64,000 nucleotides of DNA from Elusimicrobia bacterium GWA2_69_24 (GTDB lineage: Bacteria; Elusimicrobiota; Elusimicrobia; UBA1565), in assembly GCA_001799695.1 (NCBI GenBank), contig MGTY01000130.1, forward strand, positions 52,504 through 116,503, read 5' to 3'. The translations under genes and the position numbers were made by a program. The notes under the pieces were generated by a model. It worked only from the letters and a program-made list of their open reading frames with translations. It searched no databases and was not told where the DNA came from. Positions 61,974 to 64,000 of this stretch are shown one piece after another; within the stretch, counting starts at the first letter, position 1; every line of letters starts with the position of its first letter.

Positions 61974-62953
61974 GCTCCCCACCTCCCCGCTATCTTCCCG
62001 CCGCAGGACCGGCAGCGCCCGTCCCTGACCCCCATCTCGAGCACCTGGAAACCGACGCGCCGCACGGCGTCCTTGCCGCAGGAGGGGCAGCGCGTGTTCT
62101 CCTCCGCCCCCCCATGCAGGTTCCCCACGTAGACGTAGCGGAGCCCGGCCGCCAGCCCCTCCTCCCGGGCGCGCAGGAGCGTCTCCACCGGGGTCGGCGG
62201 CAGGTTCTGCAGCTTGTACATCGGGAAGAAGCGGCTGAAGTGGAGCGGGGTATCCGGGCCGAGGTGCTTGACCATCCAGCGGCACATCTTCCGTATCATC
62301 TCCATGTCGTCGTTGAGCGTGGGGACGACGAGGTTGGTCACCTCCAGCCAGACCCCCTCCTCCTTTTGGATGACCAGGGCGTCCAGGACGGGCTTGAGCG
62401 TGGCGTCGCTGTAGCGCCGGTAGGCGCCGTCGTCGAAATACTTCAGATCGGTGTTGCTGGCGTCCACGACCTTGCAGAGCCGGCGCAGGGGACCGGGGGT
62501 GATGTAGCCCGCGGTGACCAGCACGTTCTTCAGGCCCTTCTCCCGGGCCAGGCGCGCCGTGTCGAACGTGTACTCGTAGAAGACCACCGGATCCGAATAG
62601 GTGTACGCGATGGAGCGGCAGCCGGTCTGGAGCGCCCCGGCGACCACCTTGGGCGGGTCCGCCTGGTAGCGCACCTCCATTTCCGTCCCGTCCCGCTGGG
62701 AGAGCTCCCAGTTCTGGCAGAACTTGCAGTGCAGGTTGCAGCCCGCGGTCGCGATCGAGAAGGTCCCGGTCCCGGGCAGGAAGTGGAACAGCGGCTTCTT
62801 CTCGATGGGGTCCACATGCACGGCGCTGGGCCGGCCGTAGGTCGTGGCGCGGAGCTTGCCGCCGACGTTGACCCGGACGCGGCAGTCCCCGGCCTCGCCC
62901 TCGGGGATGCGGCAGGACTTGGGGCAGAGCTCGCAGATCAAGGAGGCGCTCAT
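61970..62953 (-). CDS. amrS: AmmeMemoRadiSam system radical SAM enzyme
   Basis: MSASLICELCPKSCRIPEGEAGDCRVRVN...DPIEKKPLFHFLPGTGTFSIATAGCNLHCKFCQNWELSQ (CxxxCxxC) and a C-terminal Cys cluster CPSCG...CRSCG. Confidence 0.9.
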   Translation of the reverse strand: MSASLICELCPKSCRIPEGEAGDCRVRVNVGGKLRATTYGRPSAVHVDPIEKKPLFHFLPGTGTFSIATAGCNLHCKFCQNWELSQRDGTEMEVRYQADPPKVVAGALQTGCRSIAYTYSDPVVFYEYTFDTARLAREKGLKNVLVTAGYITPGPLRRLCKVVDASNTDLKYFDDGAYRRYSDATLKPVLDALVIQKEEGVWLEVTNLVVPTLNDDMEMIRKMCRWMVKHLGPDTPLHFSRFFPMYKLQNLPPTPVETLLRAREEGLAAGLRYVYVGNLHGGAEENTRCPSCGKDAVRRVGFQVLEMGVRDGRCRSCGGKIAGRWGA

Positions 62954-63210
62954 GGCTCCGCCCCCCAGTAGGCGGCCTCGCGCTCCGAGAGCTCCCCGCG
63001 CTCCGTGAGCCGGCGCAAAGCGTCCCGATCCACCTTCCGCGACCGGGCGTGGACCTCCCGCTCCCGCGGCGGCCGCGCGGTCCCCGGCGCGGCCCCCCGG
63101 CGGATGCCGGGATCCGTCCGCTCCCGGGCGAGGTCGCGCCGGACCTGCAGACCCACGAGGGTGAGGGCGACGGCCAGCAGTCCGAGGAAACGCAGGTCTC
63201 CGGCTCTCAT
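62950..63210 (-). CDS. Small (86 aa) membrane-anchored hypothetical protein
   Basis: MRAGDLRFLGLLAVALTLVGLQV (TM) then a charged tail ...DRDALRRLTERGELSEREAAYWGAEP. ATGA overlaps at both ends. Only the 3' part of track ORF 62950..63732 is plausible. Confidence 0.5.
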   Translation of the reverse strand: MRAGDLRFLGLLAVALTLVGLQVRRDLARERTDPGIRRGAAPGTARPPREREVHARSRKVDRDALRRLTERGELSEREAAYWGAEP

Positions 63211-63974
63211 GTTCCGGAGGCTCCCGGGGGCGCGCGCTGAATGCAGTGCTGGCATTGGATGCAGGTTGCGTCGAATTCCGAGCGTACGCCGTAAGCGCAG
63301 CGCGACAGGTCGCGCCGCCGCGCCGCGCCGCGCGCCAGAGCCAGCTTGTTGGCCAGCGCCAGGACTGCGCCGGTCGGGCAAAGAAAGCGGCACCAGAAAC
63401 GGAAATACGCCGCGGACCCGGCGAGCACCGCGGCTATTAGGATACCCGTGAGGGTCCCGGTTTTCAACAGGAAAATGTGCTGCATGGGCTCGAAGGATAT
63501 CCAGCCCCGGCGTCCCGTGGCCCACGCCAGGCCCAGCGCGGCGGCCAGCAGCAGCAGCCTCAAGATACCGGCCCTCCCCGCCAGCCCGGGGCTGGGCTCG
63601 GAGCGCAGGCCCAGACTGCGTCCGGCCTCCCACAACAGCTCCTGGAGCGCGCCGAACGGGCATACCGATCCGCAGAACACCGCGCCCCACAGCAGGCTCG
63701 TCACGGCGATGAACGCGGCGACGAGCAACCACCCCGGATTCTCGAGCCCGGGGAGATGTCCCTCGGACAGGTTGTGTATGTCCACGAGGGTGAAGAGCGT
63801 GTTGGCGTAGAATCCCGGTATCGCCGCGGCTCCGGCCAGGTAGGCCAGCCGTGCCCTCCGGCCGCCCCGGAGGAATACCGGGAAGAAGGCGGCCAGGAAG
63901 AGCGCGAGCGCCCAGAACCGCGGCGAGCCGGCCCGCCGGACTGCGCCGCCGGGCGGGGTCCTCTCGGACTTCAA
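63207..63974 (-). CDS. Polytopic membrane 4Fe-4S-binding protein (NapH/MauN-like)
   Basis: WGAVFCGSVCPFGALQEL, FRFWCRFLCPTGAVLAL and C-terminal CIQCQHC. The track start at 63974 is a TTG close to the window edge, so the start is uncertain. Confidence 0.7.
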   Translation of the reverse strand: MKSERTPPGGAVRRAGSPRFWALALFLAAFFPVFLRGGRRARLAYLAGAAAIPGFYANTLFTLVDIHNLSEGHLPGLENPGWLLVAAFIAVTSLLWGAVFCGSVCPFGALQELLWEAGRSLGLRSEPSPGLAGRAGILRLLLLAAALGLAWATGRRGWISFEPMQHIFLLKTGTLTGILIAAVLAGSAAYFRFWCRFLCPTGAVLALANKLALARGAARRRDLSRCAYGVRSEFDATCIQCQHCIQRAPPGASGT

Positions 63975-64000
63975 TCCCAGGACTCCGTCCGCCGCGGCCT

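Noticed and set aside
61974-62285. Upstream part of the 159-aa minus-strand ORF 61806..62285
   Set aside because: It overlaps the radical SAM gene in another frame. Only the last 55 codons, from the ATG at 61973 in the intergenic gap, are plausible.
1-64000. CRISPR arrays, cas genes, tRNA, rRNA and tmRNA
   Set aside because: I found no regularly spaced short direct repeats and no tRNA- or rRNA-like sequence in the few intergenic regions. This was an eye scan only; tRNAscan-SE, Infernal and a CRISPR finder should confirm it.

Overview
High-GC bacterial chromosomal window (about 70% GC in sampled 60-nt lines). It is densely coded, with many ATGA/GTGA translationally coupled operons. Most long ORFs in the supplied track are antisense or alternate-frame shadows of the real genes. 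Calls rest on motif recognition and hand translation only; no searches were run. Contents, left to right: (1) A giant secreted surface protein (>2530 codons; DUF2341, LamG-like, FN3-like, about 17 Ig-like repeats). It is missing from the ORF track because it runs off the left edge. Its start overlaps the stop of a CheY-like regulator, in an operon with a histidine kinase and a degenerate OmpR-type regulator. (2) A divergent lipoprotein / TMTC-like TPR membrane protein / MotA / MotB operon, a convergent membrane-anchored FliF/FliG-like fusion, and HEAT-repeat proteins. No other flagellar genes are in the window. (3) A low-GC 2.3-kb cassette (HNH/DUF222 protein plus an unknown protein) bounded by 22-bp inverted repeats. 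(4) A purine-catabolism-like operon (8-oxoguanine-deaminase-like amidohydrolase plus a three-subunit xanthine-dehydrogenase-family enzyme), then tcdA plus a ThiS/MoaD-like gene. (5) potABCD, an OPT transporter and a REC-GspE ATPase. (6) A 5.1-kb lower-GC island flanked by 185-bp direct repeats of the glgP 3' end. It carries two tandem TPR-plus-unknown-domain proteins and a Dam-like methyltransferase / HNH endonuclease pair. (7) glgP, a CNNM-CBS-RCK_C transporter, a DHH/DHHA1 phosphoesterase and a CdaA-YbbR fusion (a c-di-AMP module). (8) acnA, an ArfB-like gene, envelope genes (sulfatase-like, PPC-repeat lipoprotein, PBP1A, thioredoxin-like) and an S8 protease. (9) An extended AmmeMemoRadiSam operon. 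No rRNA, tRNA or CRISPR array was recognised. Best candidates for something new: the island-borne TPR pair next to the R-M system, and the orphan stator / FliF-FliG-like / DUF2341 giant protein locus.
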